Of a DNA stretch of 64,000 bases, positions 43,417 through 54,830 are shown piece after piece (the first letter of the stretch is position 1; every line of letters starts with the position of its first letter). Origin of the DNA: an uncultured delta proteobacterium (GTDB lineage Bacteria; Desulfobacterota; Binatia; UBA9968). The notes beneath the pieces are model-generated. The model had not been told where the DNA came from. It saw nothing but the letters and a program-made list of their open reading frames with translations, and ran no database searches. Location of the stretch: assembly GCA_963745835.1 (NCBI GenBank), contig CAVUZH010000024.1:329558-393557 (forward strand), written 5' to 3'. The position numbers were made by a program, and so were the translations under genes.

Positions 43417-44448
43417 CTACTTCAGGCCAAGCAGATCGCGATACTCGTCGCGGATCTGCACGTAGTTTTTGCCGAGGCTTAAGTCCGATGGCACGATCCT
43501 CACATTCTTGATCAGGTCGAGTGGATTACCCGCGACATCCTTGCGCACCGAGCTGCGATCGCTCTTGACGATCAATTCTTGCCCTTCCCGCGAGAGTACG
43601 AAATCGACGAACAGCCTGGCCGCATTTGGATGAGGCGCCAGCCTGTTGATACCGACAAGTCCGGCGGCGGAAACGACTGGATCCAAAGCCAAGAACTCCA
43701 CTGGACTGCCTTTATGCTTGGCTTCAATTGCGTTTTGCAAAAAATTGTTCACCAACAGTGCAATCTCGCCGCCGGAAAGCAATCCGGTCAACATCGAGCG
43801 GCCTTGAGCAAAGCGAATATCCTGCCTCTTCAGGCCTTCGAGAAAATTTCGCGCCTTTTCGGCACCCCAGATTTTTCGCAGATTCGCGTACCATTCTAAA
43901 TCCGAAGAATCCATTCCAAGGCGGCCCTTCCATTTGGGGCTCAACAGGTCGGCATAATCCTTCGGCAGATCGGCGGGAGCGACAAGCTTGACGTTATAGC
44001 TGACGACCATCGGCGTGGTATACATAGTCGCCCACATGCCGTCGTTGTCCTTGTGGCCCTCCGGAAAATCCCTTCGTTCGGCCGAATCGTATTTGGCAAA
44101 GTAACCCTGCTCCACCAGCGCATAAGGCTCAAATCCAGTGGCATTCATGACGTCCCATATATGCGTGCCGGCGCGCTGCTCGGTTTGAATTCGCGAGACC
44201 AACGCTGAGCCGGTGGCCCGGTAAAAAGTAGTCTTGATGAAAGGATATTTTTTTTCGAGGGTCGACAGAATCTCTTGGGCATCGGGAATCGGCATGCCGG
44301 AATAAAAAACTAGCTGTCCTTCTTTTCGCGCGCCTTCAATAACCTCTCTCGATTGCGCCGCTAGGTCGTCCGCCGATCCTAAAGAGATTAGCAACAAGAG
44401 GGAAACAACTATGTGTCGCAACGGATCCAACTTTTTGCTCGACGTCAT
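43417..44448 (-). CDS. ABC substrate-binding protein (Fe3+/polyamine-type)
   Basis: GARKEGQLVFYS, DLLSPKWKG, APHPNAARLFVDFVLSREGQ. Confidence 0.88.
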   Translation of the reverse strand: MTSSKKLDPLRHIVVSLLLLISLGSADDLAAQSREVIEGARKEGQLVFYSGMPIPDAQEILSTLEKKYPFIKTTFYRATGSALVSRIQTEQRAGTHIWDVMNATGFEPYALVEQGYFAKYDSAERRDFPEGHKDNDGMWATMYTTPMVVSYNVKLVAPADLPKDYADLLSPKWKGRLGMDSSDLEWYANLRKIWGAEKARNFLEGLKRQDIRFAQGRSMLTGLLSGGEIALLVNNFLQNAIEAKHKGSPVEFLALDPVVSAAGLVGINRLAPHPNAARLFVDFVLSREGQELIVKSDRSSVRKDVAGNPLDLIKNVRIVPSDLSLGKNYVQIRDEYRDLLGLK

Positions 44449-44681
44449 TCAGCCTCCCTGGAGTCTAGGCCAAACCAAGTACCGCAACTTTCTACAAGTT
44501 GTCAAGCAATGGAATGTAAGCGCCTGCGCCAAAATTGCACGGATCAAATGCAAACTCTACCGGAGGGCTTCAGTTACGCTTTCGCGAATTCTGTCAAGAT
44601 GAAAATAAGAGTCACGTAACATGCGCTTAGTCATCCCTCGATCTCTGACAAAGTCCCTGGGTCACAGGATCTGGCCTCAGG

Positions 44682-45818
44682 CTAGCGCGTCGGGAGCGGT
44701 CCGGCGCCGGAAAGCTTCTTCAGCGTGTCGATGACCTCGGCGTCGCGCGGCGTCTCTTTGACGACTTTTGCCAACGCTTCCGGCATGATCGGATCGGCCT
44801 CATCGCCGACGATCTTCTCGTATTCCCTGTGGAAGTCGCGATCTTTGAACGCCATCCCGATTGCCTCTTCGAGAATCTTTACGCGATCGTTCGGCGTTCC
44901 GGGGGGTAGAACATAAGGTGAGCCGAGAAGTCTGAAGGCTCGCCACATCGACAACAGCTTGATCTCCTTGTCCGATTTCGCAAAGCTCTCGATCTCCGGC
45001 AAGTGCGCAAAGCGCGGATGCTTCGCGCCCTTCGGCGCCTCTAAGATAGAGTGGAAGTTCATCAGACCTCTCTCCACCCATTCCGGGTTGCGCCGCAAGA
45101 CCGACGTCGGATTATTGGATCGCGCGTCCAATTCGCCGCGCAGCAGCGCCGCATCGACTTCGGGAGCGGTATAGCCGGCGATAAACTTTGGATCCTTCAT
45201 GCCCAGGAAATACGCGAAAAATCGCGCCGCGACATAAGCGACATGTCCGACCGACTGAGCGCCGATCCGGATGCCGGAGGCCGCTCGGAGCTTCTCTAGA
45301 CTGTCCAACCCCAGTTCTCTTCTCGTGTAAATTATTTGGTGGGTTACGCTTTCCGGCGAGCCGAGATAGATAAATTTATCGGCCTCGTACATCACGCCGG
45401 TCTCTCCGAGAATGCTCAGGGCGATTACGCCGCCACTTAACGATCCTAAAGTGAGTCCGTCCGGGCGAGCGTTCGCGTACATGTAATTCGCCGCTTTTCG
45501 ACCGCCGCTACCATCCATGAACTCGAGAATCACCGTTGGGTTTCCCGGGATGTACTTGCGCAAAAACGGCGCTAGCGCTCGAACACGAAAATCTCCGGTG
45601 CCTCCGGGAGTCGCGGCGACAATTATTTTTATGGTCTTGTCTTGATAAAAGGGAGGTTGGCCTAGAGCAGAAATCGGCAAAACCGCCAGCTGTGTAAGTA
45701 CCGTTATTGCGAAGATCAGAAGCGGAAATTTCGCTCGGGCAGATTTGCTGTCCGGCGCAGCCGCGCGCTGCACGCAGTACATTAGTAACTGGGACTGGCG
45801 GAGAATTTTGTCTTGCAT
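44682..45818 (-). CDS. Tripartite tricarboxylate transporter substrate-binding protein (Bug/TctC-like)
   Basis: FYQDKTIKIIV..PGGTGD...ARPDGLTL...PPGTPNDRV. Confidence 0.88.
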   Translation of the reverse strand: MQDKILRQSQLLMYCVQRAAAPDSKSARAKFPLLIFAITVLTQLAVLPISALGQPPFYQDKTIKIIVAATPGGTGDFRVRALAPFLRKYIPGNPTVILEFMDGSGGRKAANYMYANARPDGLTLGSLSGGVIALSILGETGVMYEADKFIYLGSPESVTHQIIYTRRELGLDSLEKLRAASGIRIGAQSVGHVAYVAARFFAYFLGMKDPKFIAGYTAPEVDAALLRGELDARSNNPTSVLRRNPEWVERGLMNFHSILEAPKGAKHPRFAHLPEIESFAKSDKEIKLLSMWRAFRLLGSPYVLPPGTPNDRVKILEEAIGMAFKDRDFHREYEKIVGDEADPIMPEALAKVVKETPRDAEVIDTLKKLSGAGPLPTR

Positions 45819-46084
45819 TAGCTGTCTCCTTTTCCCGATACTTCTCCGAGAAAAGAAAAAGATGCAACCATCAAACGCCCGTGTGTCTAAGCAGTTTCAG
45901 CAGTTTTATCCCAAACCGATTCGTTTTTTCCGCCCTAAGCGCGTCATTTGCGCGGGTAAATTCGCTGTCCTTACACGTGTGTCACACGGCACACGGTTAC
46001 TCTCCGCAAACCCAGGGACTCGCGAGCTTCTCTTACTACAAAGAACCTCGTATCATTGGCAAGCTACATTCGGAGGAAAGCTTC

Positions 46085-46564
46085 ATGCGTATGAAACTGT
46101 TAGTAACTTCGTTTCTCTTGTTGATTGGATGTACAACGGTCCAGAATATAAGTCCGCCTCCTATCGCTGTACCCGCGGGTTTGACAGAAAATGATGTAAA
46201 GCTAGCGATTTTGATGGCAATTGCGAACCGGTCAGTCCCGCCCAAATTAGCTCATGGTGAAGTCGTCACGGATGGAGTTGTAAAAGCATTGTTTCAACAA
46301 AATGCCGATCCGCCGCGCAGAGATTCCTGGCACCTGGAAGGCATGGAATCAAGCGTGATCTATGCTGGATACGAAAATAGGGAGCGTTCCATGAACGTTG
46401 CCGTGCGTTACGATGAGCGGACAGTGACAATGGAAATACTTGACAGCCGGAGGCTGAAACAAAGCGACGACAGAATTCACAAGCGGGCTTTTGCCTTGCT
46501 TAAACCCCTGGAACATCGTGTGCAAGCTGCGCTTAGAACTATCGCCCGCCGGGACGTATCGTGA
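46085..46564 (+). CDS. Putative lipoprotein
   Basis: GGAGG RBS; MRMKLLVTSFLLLIGC lipobox. Confidence 0.75.
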   Translation: MRMKLLVTSFLLLIGCTTVQNISPPPIAVPAGLTENDVKLAILMAIANRSVPPKLAHGEVVTDGVVKALFQQNADPPRRDSWHLEGMESSVIYAGYENRERSMNVAVRYDERTVTMEILDSRRLKQSDDRIHKRAFALLKPLEHRVQAALRTIARRDVS

Positions 46565-46795
46565 ATGTCGACCGAAGCGACCGCGACAGCTATTAAGAAT
46601 CGCCGAACCCTGCCGGTCACCACGGACTCTGTGGCGGTCAGGTACTGCAATGCCACACCAATATCTATCAATGAGATGCCTTGCTGCGACCCGGAGAAAG
46701 CTAACCCGGAAGAGCTTGTATTGAACTGTATAAATCCACATCGCTGTGTCTAATAATCGCAGAAATCCCCATCGATTCGCCAATCTAGAGCGGCG

Positions 46796-46823
46796 GGAAC
46801 TTTTTCCGAACCGGGCCGTCTAA
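46796..46823 (+). promoter_or_regulatory. ECF sigma-type (autoregulatory) promoter
   Basis: GGAACT-N16-GTCTAA directly before the ECF sigma gene. Confidence 0.7.
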
Positions 46824-46837
46824 TACTAAACAAGTCC

Positions 46838-47414
46838 ATGCTCGCAGACGGGATAGGTGACGCGGAATGCGTCAAGCGCGTTCAACGGGGCGACACCGAA
46901 TCCTTCGAGATTTTGGTGCGGCGGCACCAGAAAGCGACTTTCAACCTGATTTACCGGTTTTTGGGAGATTACGATGAAGCCGCGGAGATCGCGCAGGAAG
47001 TGTTTCTTTCCGCATTACAAGTCGATCCATCAGTTTCGCGGCGATGCCCATTTTTCCACGTGGCTGTATCGGATCGCCTTTAATCACGCCAGCACCCGTC
47101 GCAAAAGCTTGAACAACAAACTACACCGCGATCTTGTCTTTGATGGCACGGAAGTTTTGGCCGACGGCGCCATCGATCCTGCAACGAGCGCGGAGCGGAA
47201 AGAAGTTCAACAATGCGTCCAGCGGGCGCTCAACAACCTCGATCCTGACGATGCGCAGATTATTCTACTCCGGGATCTACAAGATGTTCCCTATGAAGAG
47301 ATCGCTGCAACGCTTGATGTCCCTGTTGGCACGGTGAAGTCCAGACTGCACCGCGCGCGACAAGCGCTTAAATCCAGCCTTTCACCTTATTTTACTGATT
47401 GGAAATCGACATGA
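46838..47414 (+). CDS. ECF sigma-70 factor (RpoE/SigW-like), frameshifted
   Basis: AAEIAQEVF, FSTWLYRIAFN, YEEIAATLDVPVGTVKSRLHRAR. Confidence 0.92.
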
Positions 47415-48661
47415 ATTGCTTAGAGGCGGAGAAGAATTTCGCGGCGCTATTGGATGATAGCCTCGATCATGAACGGCTCCGCGAGATAAAAGATCATCTC
47501 AACGCCTGTTCACGGTGCAGTGAAGAGTTAACCGGCCTTGCTGAATCTCAACGACTCGTGAAGGGTTTGCCGCCGGTTGAGCCGCCGCTCGGCTTCACAA
47601 CCCGGGTAATGGCAGAAGTTCGTGAAACAGCACATCGGCCCACTCTCTGGCAGCGGCTGTTTTTATCTTTCCCAACCAAGCTTCCCCTGCAGGGTATGGC
47701 CGTGGTTTTGATAAGCGTGCTCGCCGCTTACCTTTATCAGACAGAGTCTGATCACGGCGAGCCAGCGAGAACGGCGCCGCCTGCGAGCTCGTTCCAAAAT
47801 CGAGAAGAAACCGACAGATCGCCGTCATCCCCGGCGCAAGCGCCTGCAGTTGAATCGAAGGCGCAGGTCGCCGACGAGGCAGGAGCGCAGGGACGAAGAG
47901 AAAAACGTTCATCAGCACCAGAACAGCCTCGCTCACTTTCCGAACCACAAGAGCAGAATAAAAACATCGACGGCATAAAGTCCGGCGCTGCGGCCATGGC
48001 GCCTGCTAGCCCCGCTCTCACCACTCCACAGCCGAATGAAAAATCGTCGTCGGGCGATGAAGCTGCTTCAGCTCGACTGGAGCAGTCCTTACCCTCCGGA
48101 AGAGCTCAGGCGAAAGGAGGTCCGCCGCCGGGTTCCCTTCAAGGCAGTGATACTGCGTTGAAAGACGCAACCCCGACCGCAAAATCGCCCGCTTCCAGCG
48201 ATCTGCTGGAGAAACGGGCCGCCCCATCATTAGATGCTCTCAGGTCCGCCGCTGCTCTCTCCCCGAATCACGAGTTGACGCTGCGTCTCAAGGAGTCCGC
48301 GCGCGATGACAAGAACACAGCCGCGCGACCGCAGTTGGAACGCTTCCAATCAGAACCGCAAACATCGACGTCCGGGGCAGAATTCAAAGAACTCGAGCAG
48401 GCGCGACAGCGCGCAATTAAAACCGGTCAGCCACAAACTCTGTGGACCACTATCCCTTCCGGCCAATACGACAGGTTCAAGAGCGAACTTGCCGGCTTTG
48501 GGAACATCGAGAGCGAATTGCCGCCGCCAGCCCCTGAGAAGGATGCTGTGTCAAAATCGTCTGATCAACTTCGGATCAAAGTAACTATTCTCCCGCCGCT
48601 GCCTCAGCCGAGGTCCCTTCAAGCCGCTAGCAAACTCCCGCTGAAAAAAGCGCGGCTGTAG
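47411..48661 (+). CDS. ZAS (zf-HC2) anti-sigma factor, single TM
   Basis: HLNACSRC, a TM segment and a low-complexity periplasmic region; coupled to the sigma gene. Confidence 0.85.
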   Translation: MNCLEAEKNFAALLDDSLDHERLREIKDHLNACSRCSEELTGLAESQRLVKGLPPVEPPLGFTTRVMAEVRETAHRPTLWQRLFLSFPTKLPLQGMAVVLISVLAAYLYQTESDHGEPARTAPPASSFQNREETDRSPSSPAQAPAVESKAQVADEAGAQGRREKRSSAPEQPRSLSEPQEQNKNIDGIKSGAAAMAPASPALTTPQPNEKSSSGDEAASARLEQSLPSGRAQAKGGPPPGSLQGSDTALKDATPTAKSPASSDLLEKRAAPSLDALRSAAALSPNHELTLRLKESARDDKNTAARPQLERFQSEPQTSTSGAEFKELEQARQRAIKTGQPQTLWTTIPSGQYDRFKSELAGFGNIESELPPPAPEKDAVSKSSDQLRIKVTILPPLPQPRSLQAASKLPLKKARL

Positions 48662-48806
48662 AGCGCAAGGCAGAATCCTCGTGATCGTGTCCGTGAACAC
48701 GTGATCGAGAACTCCAAACGAACACGAACACGCGAGCACGAACCGCGAATCGGGGCGCAGTCGAGCAAGCGCAACGAAGCATATGAGTGTTTTTCAGCAG
48801 CCTGCT
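48629..48806. repeat. Most complete copy of the dispersed MITE-like repeat
   Basis: GCTGAAAAAA...hexamer hairpin...TTTTTCAGCAGCCTGCT. Confidence 0.75.
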
Positions 48807-48893
48807 CGCCGAGGAACATTTTCCTCCCTGGCGAAGTCTAATCAAGGAAATCGCAACGGCGGAAGTTCATGATCCGCCTTAGGAGGAAGCACA

Positions 48894-50348
48894 ATGCGAA
48901 TACGCACCAAAAGCATACTACAATTGTCAGCCCTGGCTTTGACTACGCTTCTTGCGCCGGGAGCGGAGTGGCGCAGGTTTGGCTATGCAGCCGGTCCTGC
49001 CGAACTCTCGAATCTTGCAACCAGCCTCAATGACCAGGAGGCGGTTTCGATCACCGTCTATAATAGCAACATCGGTTTGGTCAAAGACGCCAGACGGCTC
49101 ACCTTGCCCAATGGCATTACGCAGCTAAAGTTCGGCGAAGTCGCGGCCAAAATTATGCCGCACACCGTGCATATTAAATCGCTGAGTGATCCCGCCGGCT
49201 TAAAAATTCTCGAACAGAACTACGAATACGATCTGCTGACGCCGCAGAAGCTACTTGAAAAGTTCGTCGGCAAGGAGATCACGATCCTCAAAGACAGCGT
49301 GGAAGTTCCAATCACGATTCTGAGCGTGAATCAGGGTATCGTTTACAGACTGGGCGGGCGTATCTTTACCGGACAGCCGCACAATCTGATCTTTCCCAAC
49401 ATTCCCAACAACCTCATCTCCCATCCGACCCTGGTTTGGTTATTGGAAAACCGCGGCACAGCGCCGCATAAGATGGAGGCAACCTATCTCACCGCAGGCA
49501 TCAGTTGGCGGGCCGATTACGTCGCCGTTCTCGACAGTAAAGATAAGCTCCTGGACCTTTCGGGGTGGGTGACCTTGGACAATCAAAGCGGCGCGAGTTA
49601 TCAAAACGCCCGCCTCAAGCTCGTCGCCGGCGACGTCAATCGGGTTATAGAACAGCGCGGCGCGGCAGATGCCGTGCGCGCATTGGCGGAATTATCGGCA
49701 AAGCCGGCTGCCGCTCCGTTTACCGAAGAGTCATTCTTCGAATACCACCTTTACAGTCTGCAGAGAGCCACGACGATCAAGGAGAACCAGACCAAACAGG
49801 TCAGCCTCCTATCAGCGACTGGCGTTCCCATCGCCAAGCGCTATCTCTATCGTGGTTCACAACAATATCTTCGGGCCAGGCATGGCGCGCCGGTCTCGAC
49901 CGAGAAGATCGGTGTTTACGTCGATATCGCCAACAAGAAAGAACAAAACTTAGGCATGCCTCTGCCAAAAGGCATCGTACGAGTCTACAAAGCAGATAAC
50001 GACGGCAGCCTGCAATTTATCGGCGAAGACCGCATCGATCACACGCCGAAAGACGAGACGATCAAGATCAAGATGGGCAACGCCTTTGACATCGTCGGCC
50101 AGCGCAAGCAGACCGATTGGCGCAAGATCGCTGACAACGTTTACGAGGCAGCCTTCGAGGTCAGCTTACGTAATCACAAGGAGGAAGCGGTCACCGTGAA
50201 CGTCGTCGAGCCGATGCTATCGGACTGGGAAATTCTGAGCAGTTCTCACACTCACAAGAAAACTGACGCTCACACCGCTCAGTTCGATTTGCCTGTGGCG
50301 AAAAACGGTGAGACCAAATTGCAGTATCGGGTGCGATACAAGTTCTAG
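48894..50348 (+). CDS. DUF4139-family exported protein
   Basis: SITVYNSNIGLVKD, EQNYEYDL, SWRADY, LKLVAGDVNR, GEDRIDHTPKDE. Confidence 0.85.
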   Translation: MRIRTKSILQLSALALTTLLAPGAEWRRFGYAAGPAELSNLATSLNDQEAVSITVYNSNIGLVKDARRLTLPNGITQLKFGEVAAKIMPHTVHIKSLSDPAGLKILEQNYEYDLLTPQKLLEKFVGKEITILKDSVEVPITILSVNQGIVYRLGGRIFTGQPHNLIFPNIPNNLISHPTLVWLLENRGTAPHKMEATYLTAGISWRADYVAVLDSKDKLLDLSGWVTLDNQSGASYQNARLKLVAGDVNRVIEQRGAADAVRALAELSAKPAAAPFTEESFFEYHLYSLQRATTIKENQTKQVSLLSATGVPIAKRYLYRGSQQYLRARHGAPVSTEKIGVYVDIANKKEQNLGMPLPKGIVRVYKADNDGSLQFIGEDRIDHTPKDETIKIKMGNAFDIVGQRKQTDWRKIADNVYEAAFEVSLRNHKEEAVTVNVVEPMLSDWEILSSSHTHKKTDAHTAQFDLPVAKNGETKLQYRVRYKF

Positions 50349-50433
50349 CAGGCTGCCGAATGCTCGTGATCGTGTCCGTGCAAACGTGATCGAAACCCAG
50401 AACCAACACGAACACGGTAGCACGAACACGAAT
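50347..50433. repeat. Partial copy of the dispersed repeat
   Basis: AGCAGGCTGC...CTCGTGATCGTGTCCGTGCAAAC...CACGAACACG. Confidence 0.7.
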
Positions 50434-51142
50434 GGGGGAGCCTCCCACTGGGGTCCAACACTCACGCAGGCAGGCCCAGGTCTCACAATTCGCTCTTTGC
50501 CGAAAATCTTCAATTTCCCTCTCGCCATTCCATCAAAATAATTCTCATTGACAGTCGCTCGATGATGGTGCGATAAGCAGACAACGATATAGCCACTTTC
50601 AGCGCTATCATCTCCAGAATGCCGAGGCTCTTCTGAAAATAGAGACCAAGGACGCTCTCCCGCCAGACCAAGAAGCGAATCAAATTTACTATGGTTGGTA
50701 GTCAAACCGATACATCGAGTTGTCTTTCGGCCGATTAAATTCCGAGCGACTGAAAGAGATTTCTCTATTAGTTTCAGTGCGCCGGCGCTGCCTATGAGAT
50801 TGGTGGGCGGTGGCCTCTCGATTGCTGAAGAAATCTTTTAGCTCAGCAATGCCTATCAATTCGCTCGACAGTAAGCGTCAATAGAGTTATTCGGAGGTGA
50901 TCGTATTGGCGGCCGACGATGTTGTTTAAATTGCTCCTCTAACGTGGTCGCAAACTAACACTAAGTAAAACATTCCGGCTGACGCTGCTCAGGCTGCAAT
51001 CCTTACTCTCCCCATTTCCATTTGGGCCCGATTGGTTTCTAACCGGTCGGGCCCTTTTTAGTTTGAGCTACTAATGGACGCCAGTTTGGAGAAAACGAAG
51101 AGAAGTATTCCTATTTTTGGGTCCTGCACCAAGGCGGAGAAG

Positions 51143-52151
51143 GTGACCACAAGAATAATCACTCGCCCGTTGTCAGCAGTCAGCCTTGCTATGGGCGTTT
51201 TGCTGTTTCCGCTTTGCATATCCGCTCGCGCGCAGCAGCCGGACGAAAGTCCCCCGGATAGGATACCTAACTGCTACCTCCCCTTCCGCTGATCGCGGCC
51301 CGCACCGAGGCATTCCGGCAGGGTCTGCGCGAGCTTGGGTACGTGGAGGGAAAAAACATTGTCATTGAGTATCGATATGCAGAGGGAAAAGCTCGATCGC
51401 CTCCCCGCCCTCGCAGCCGAGCTAGTGCGTCTCAAGGTAGACGTCATCGTCACGAGCTGGTCCGACAGCAACCCGTGCCGCCAAGGAAGCAACAACCACG
51501 ATTCCCATCGTCATGACGCAGGATAACGATCCTGTTGGCAACGGGTTCGTCGCCAGCCTGGCGCGGCCTGGCGGGAACATCACTGGATTGTCAACCCTTG
51601 CCCCGGAGATAAGCGGAAAACAACTGGAGCTTCTGAAGGAGATCGTTCCTAGGCTCTCCCGCGTGGCCGTCTTCGGGACTTCGACCGACCCGGGCAACGC
51701 ACAAGCGTTAAGAGAGACGGAACTCGCCGCAGGGGCGTTCGGAGTGAAGCTTCAATACCTGGACGTACTAGGTCCCAAGGATATTGAGACTGCATTCCGA
51801 GCCGCAAGCAAGGGGCGTGCTGACGCAGTCCTCGTGCTGGCGGGCCGCGTCCTCATTTCTCACCGAACACAGATTGCAGAACTCGCGGTAAAGAGCCGGC
51901 TCCCGGCGATATACGGCAGAGCCAGAATATGTGGAAGCCGGTGGGCTTATGACCTACGGCGTGAGCTTCACCGACTTGGACCGGCGCGCCGCCACGTACG
52001 TGGACAAGATCCTGAAAGGCGCCAAGCCGGCCGACTGCCGGTGGAGCAGCCGACGAAGTTCGAGTTCGTCATCAATCTGAAAGCCGCCAAGCAGATCGGC
52101 CTGACGATTCCGCCGAATGTGCTGGCGCGAGCGGACAAGGTAATCAAATGA
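51143..52151 (+). CDS. ABC_sub_bind-family substrate-binding protein, copy 1 (frameshifted)
   Basis: [11 protein letters not shown]; [33 protein letters not shown]. Confidence 0.85.
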
Positions 52152-53134
52152 GATTGAGGCGCGGAGTCATTCATTTCGGTCTACTTGCGATGCTCTTGTC
52201 GCTGAGCTTTCCGATCGAGGCGCAGGAGCCGGCAAAGCTAGTAAAGATTGGGTTTCTTGGAGCCGGCCCCAGTTCGCGGCCCTGGCATGAGTCGTTCCAG
52301 CGCGAGTTCCGGAAACTCGGATATGTCGACGGGAAGAACGTAACCTTTATCCATCGCTTCGCCGATACCAAGTACGAGCGACTTCCCGCTCTGGCTGATG
52401 AGCTAGTTCGGCTCGAGGTTGACGTGATCATCACGCCAGGTTCGAATGACACCCGCGCGGCCAAAAATGCAACCAAGTCGATCCCCGTCGTTTTCTTGGG
52501 AGCAGGGTCTGATCCCGTTACTCTTGGACTGGTTGACAGCCTTGCACGGCCCGGCGGAAACCTAACGGGAGTCAGCTCTATTGCATCCGCCTTAGCCGGT
52601 AAGCGATTGGAGTTGCTAAAGGAAACGGTTCCCAAGCTCTCCCGTATCGCGATGCTGTGGAATCCGCAGAATGCGGGATCTTTGCAGGTGTGGAAAGAAA
52701 GCGAACTGCCGGCAAAGGAACTGTCTCTGCAACTTCATTCCATGGCAATAAACAGTACGGATGAACTGGAGAGCGGTTTCAAAGATGCAGTTAAGGTACA
52801 TAGCGGAGCTCTCGCCGTGACAGCAGGCGCATTGCTCAGCACCTATCGAGAGCAAATCGTAGACCTTGCGGTAAAAAATCGGCTGCCGGCTATAGCCGGC
52901 GGAAGAGAATTCGTCGCTAAGGGGGGGTTGATGTCCTATGGACCCGACCCGATTGAACCGTACCAGCGGGCGGCAGTGATGGTTGACAAAATCCTAAGGG
53001 GAGCCAAACCCGCTGACCTGCCCATCGAGCAACCCACGAAGTTTGAGTTGGTGATCAACCTGAAGACGGCGAAGCAGATCGGCCTAACGATTCCGGCCAA
53101 TGTGCTGGCGCGGGCGGAAAGGGTGATCAAGTGA
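52148..53134 (+). CDS. ABC_sub_bind-family substrate-binding protein, copy 2 (intact)
   Basis: 328 aa with a signal peptide and the same family motifs. Confidence 0.92.
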   Translation: MRLRRGVIHFGLLAMLLSLSFPIEAQEPAKLVKIGFLGAGPSSRPWHESFQREFRKLGYVDGKNVTFIHRFADTKYERLPALADELVRLEVDVIITPGSNDTRAAKNATKSIPVVFLGAGSDPVTLGLVDSLARPGGNLTGVSSIASALAGKRLELLKETVPKLSRIAMLWNPQNAGSLQVWKESELPAKELSLQLHSMAINSTDELESGFKDAVKVHSGALAVTAGALLSTYREQIVDLAVKNRLPAIAGGREFVAKGGLMSYGPDPIEPYQRAAVMVDKILRGAKPADLPIEQPTKFELVINLKTAKQIGLTIPANVLARAERVIK

Positions 53135-53338
53135 TTTGTGCCCAAAGGATCATGCGGTTTAGCTATAGCTTTCCAGCTCAGGCGCAGCGCCCGAAGAAAG
53201 TTCGTCGCAATAGTAGACGGCAACTTCTAACAGCGGCACCAAACTACACCTGGGATATGGTGGCATCGACCTACAATAAATTGTGGCAACGTTTTCTGAG
53301 AATGTTCGTTAAGGTGGTCTCATAAACAGGAGGAAACC

Positions 53339-54549
53339 ATGCTTGTCGCCATCGCTATTTTTATTGCTGTCGCTACCGGCACCGCGCATGCCGATACTGT
53401 CACAGACTGGAACCAGACTGCGATCGAAATCATGAAAGTTGCGGGGTCTGGCCAACCCTTGGTCACGCACCTTGGCGATGATGCATGTTGCGATGTCCGA
53501 TGCGATCAATTCAGTACAAGGCCGCTACACGCGTTATGTGGCGACAATTCCTTTCGTGCCGAGCGCCTCAGCCGAAGCCGCGGCCGCGGCGGCCCGCAGC
53601 AAATTCTGCTCCAGCTGTTATCCCAATCAAAAAGCTATTATCAACGAGGCATATGCGACATCAATCAAGGCCATTCCCGAAGGTCCCGCAAAGAGTCAGG
53701 TGTAACACTAGGCGAAGAGATCGCAGCGGCAGTTCAGGCCGATCGCTGCGGCCGATGGGACGAAGTGGCTGACACATATCGGCCGATCACCAGCCCCGGT
53801 GTCTGGGTGCCGACCACGCTACCCTTGTTTGCGCAGTACGCGCAGGCAAAACCATGGGTACTCAATAGCGCCGACCAATTCCGGCCTGGTCCCCCGCCTG
53901 CGCTGACGAGCGAGCAGTATGCCCGCGATTACAACGAGACGAAAACCATAGGCGGCGTCAAAAGCAATGCGCGCACGCCGGAGCAGACCGAGGCGGTGAA
54001 GTTTTGGACCCAAGCCAATCTCGGCCCTTCGTGGCAGGCAGCCGCGCGCGAGCTCTCGGCGGCGAAAAAACTGAGCCTCGCCGAGAGTGCACGCCTGTTT
54101 GCGTTACTTAACATGGGCATTGCGAATACGTTCATCAACGACTGGGATGCTAAGTTCACGTACAATTTCTGGCGCCCAATAACCGCGATCCGGAATGGTG
54201 ATACCGATGGCAACGCAGCAACCGAGCGAGAGGCCGGTTGGACCCCATTAAACGCGACGCCGATGCATCCGGAATACCCGTCCCAAGCAGCAATTATCTG
54301 CGGGTTGGCCGTGCGCATTCTGGAGCCGGTTTTCGGGCCCAACCCGGCTGTTCGCATCGTTGCTACAGATCGTTGCGAACCCTACCCTCAGGCGGGAGTT
54401 CACCAGTATTGCGGCAGCTGGCCGAGGAGCACGAAAACGTGCGTGTCTGGGGAGGCATCCATTTTCGGAATTCTCTTGAGGTGGGCGCTGATATGGGGCG
54501 CAAAATAGCCGCTTATCTGATCGATAATTCTCTCAAGCGCGTGCCTTAA
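53339..54549 (+). CDS. Vanadium haloperoxidase/PAP2-superfamily exported protein, frameshifted
   Basis: VTDWN, WDAKFTYNFWRPITAIR, HPEYPS, RVWGGIHF. Confidence 0.85.
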
Positions 54550-54830
54550 GGAGGTTGCAACGGCTACTTCCCGCGGCGCTGATAATGTCTGCTCTGTCGC
54601 GGCATCGTAGTGAATAGCGAGACCGTACTGAACCCCAGCCAATGAAGCCAGCAACTCGAGCTTTTCGTGAGAGTGCGAACTGAGGCGATCCTTTATTATC
54701 CTGATATGCTGCCGCGCCGCTTCTGCGCTCTCGAAGCAAAGGCGTCGCGTTACGATTCCGCCGAATGTGCTGGCCCGGGCGGATCGGATCCTTCGATAGT
54801 CGTGAGCCATGGGAACGCGCGAGAAAAACG

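Noticed and set aside
50450-51070. AT-richer intergenic stretch as an ncRNA or small gene
   Set aside because: Only a terminator-like hairpin near 51023-51059 and no recognisable RNA family or convincing ORF.
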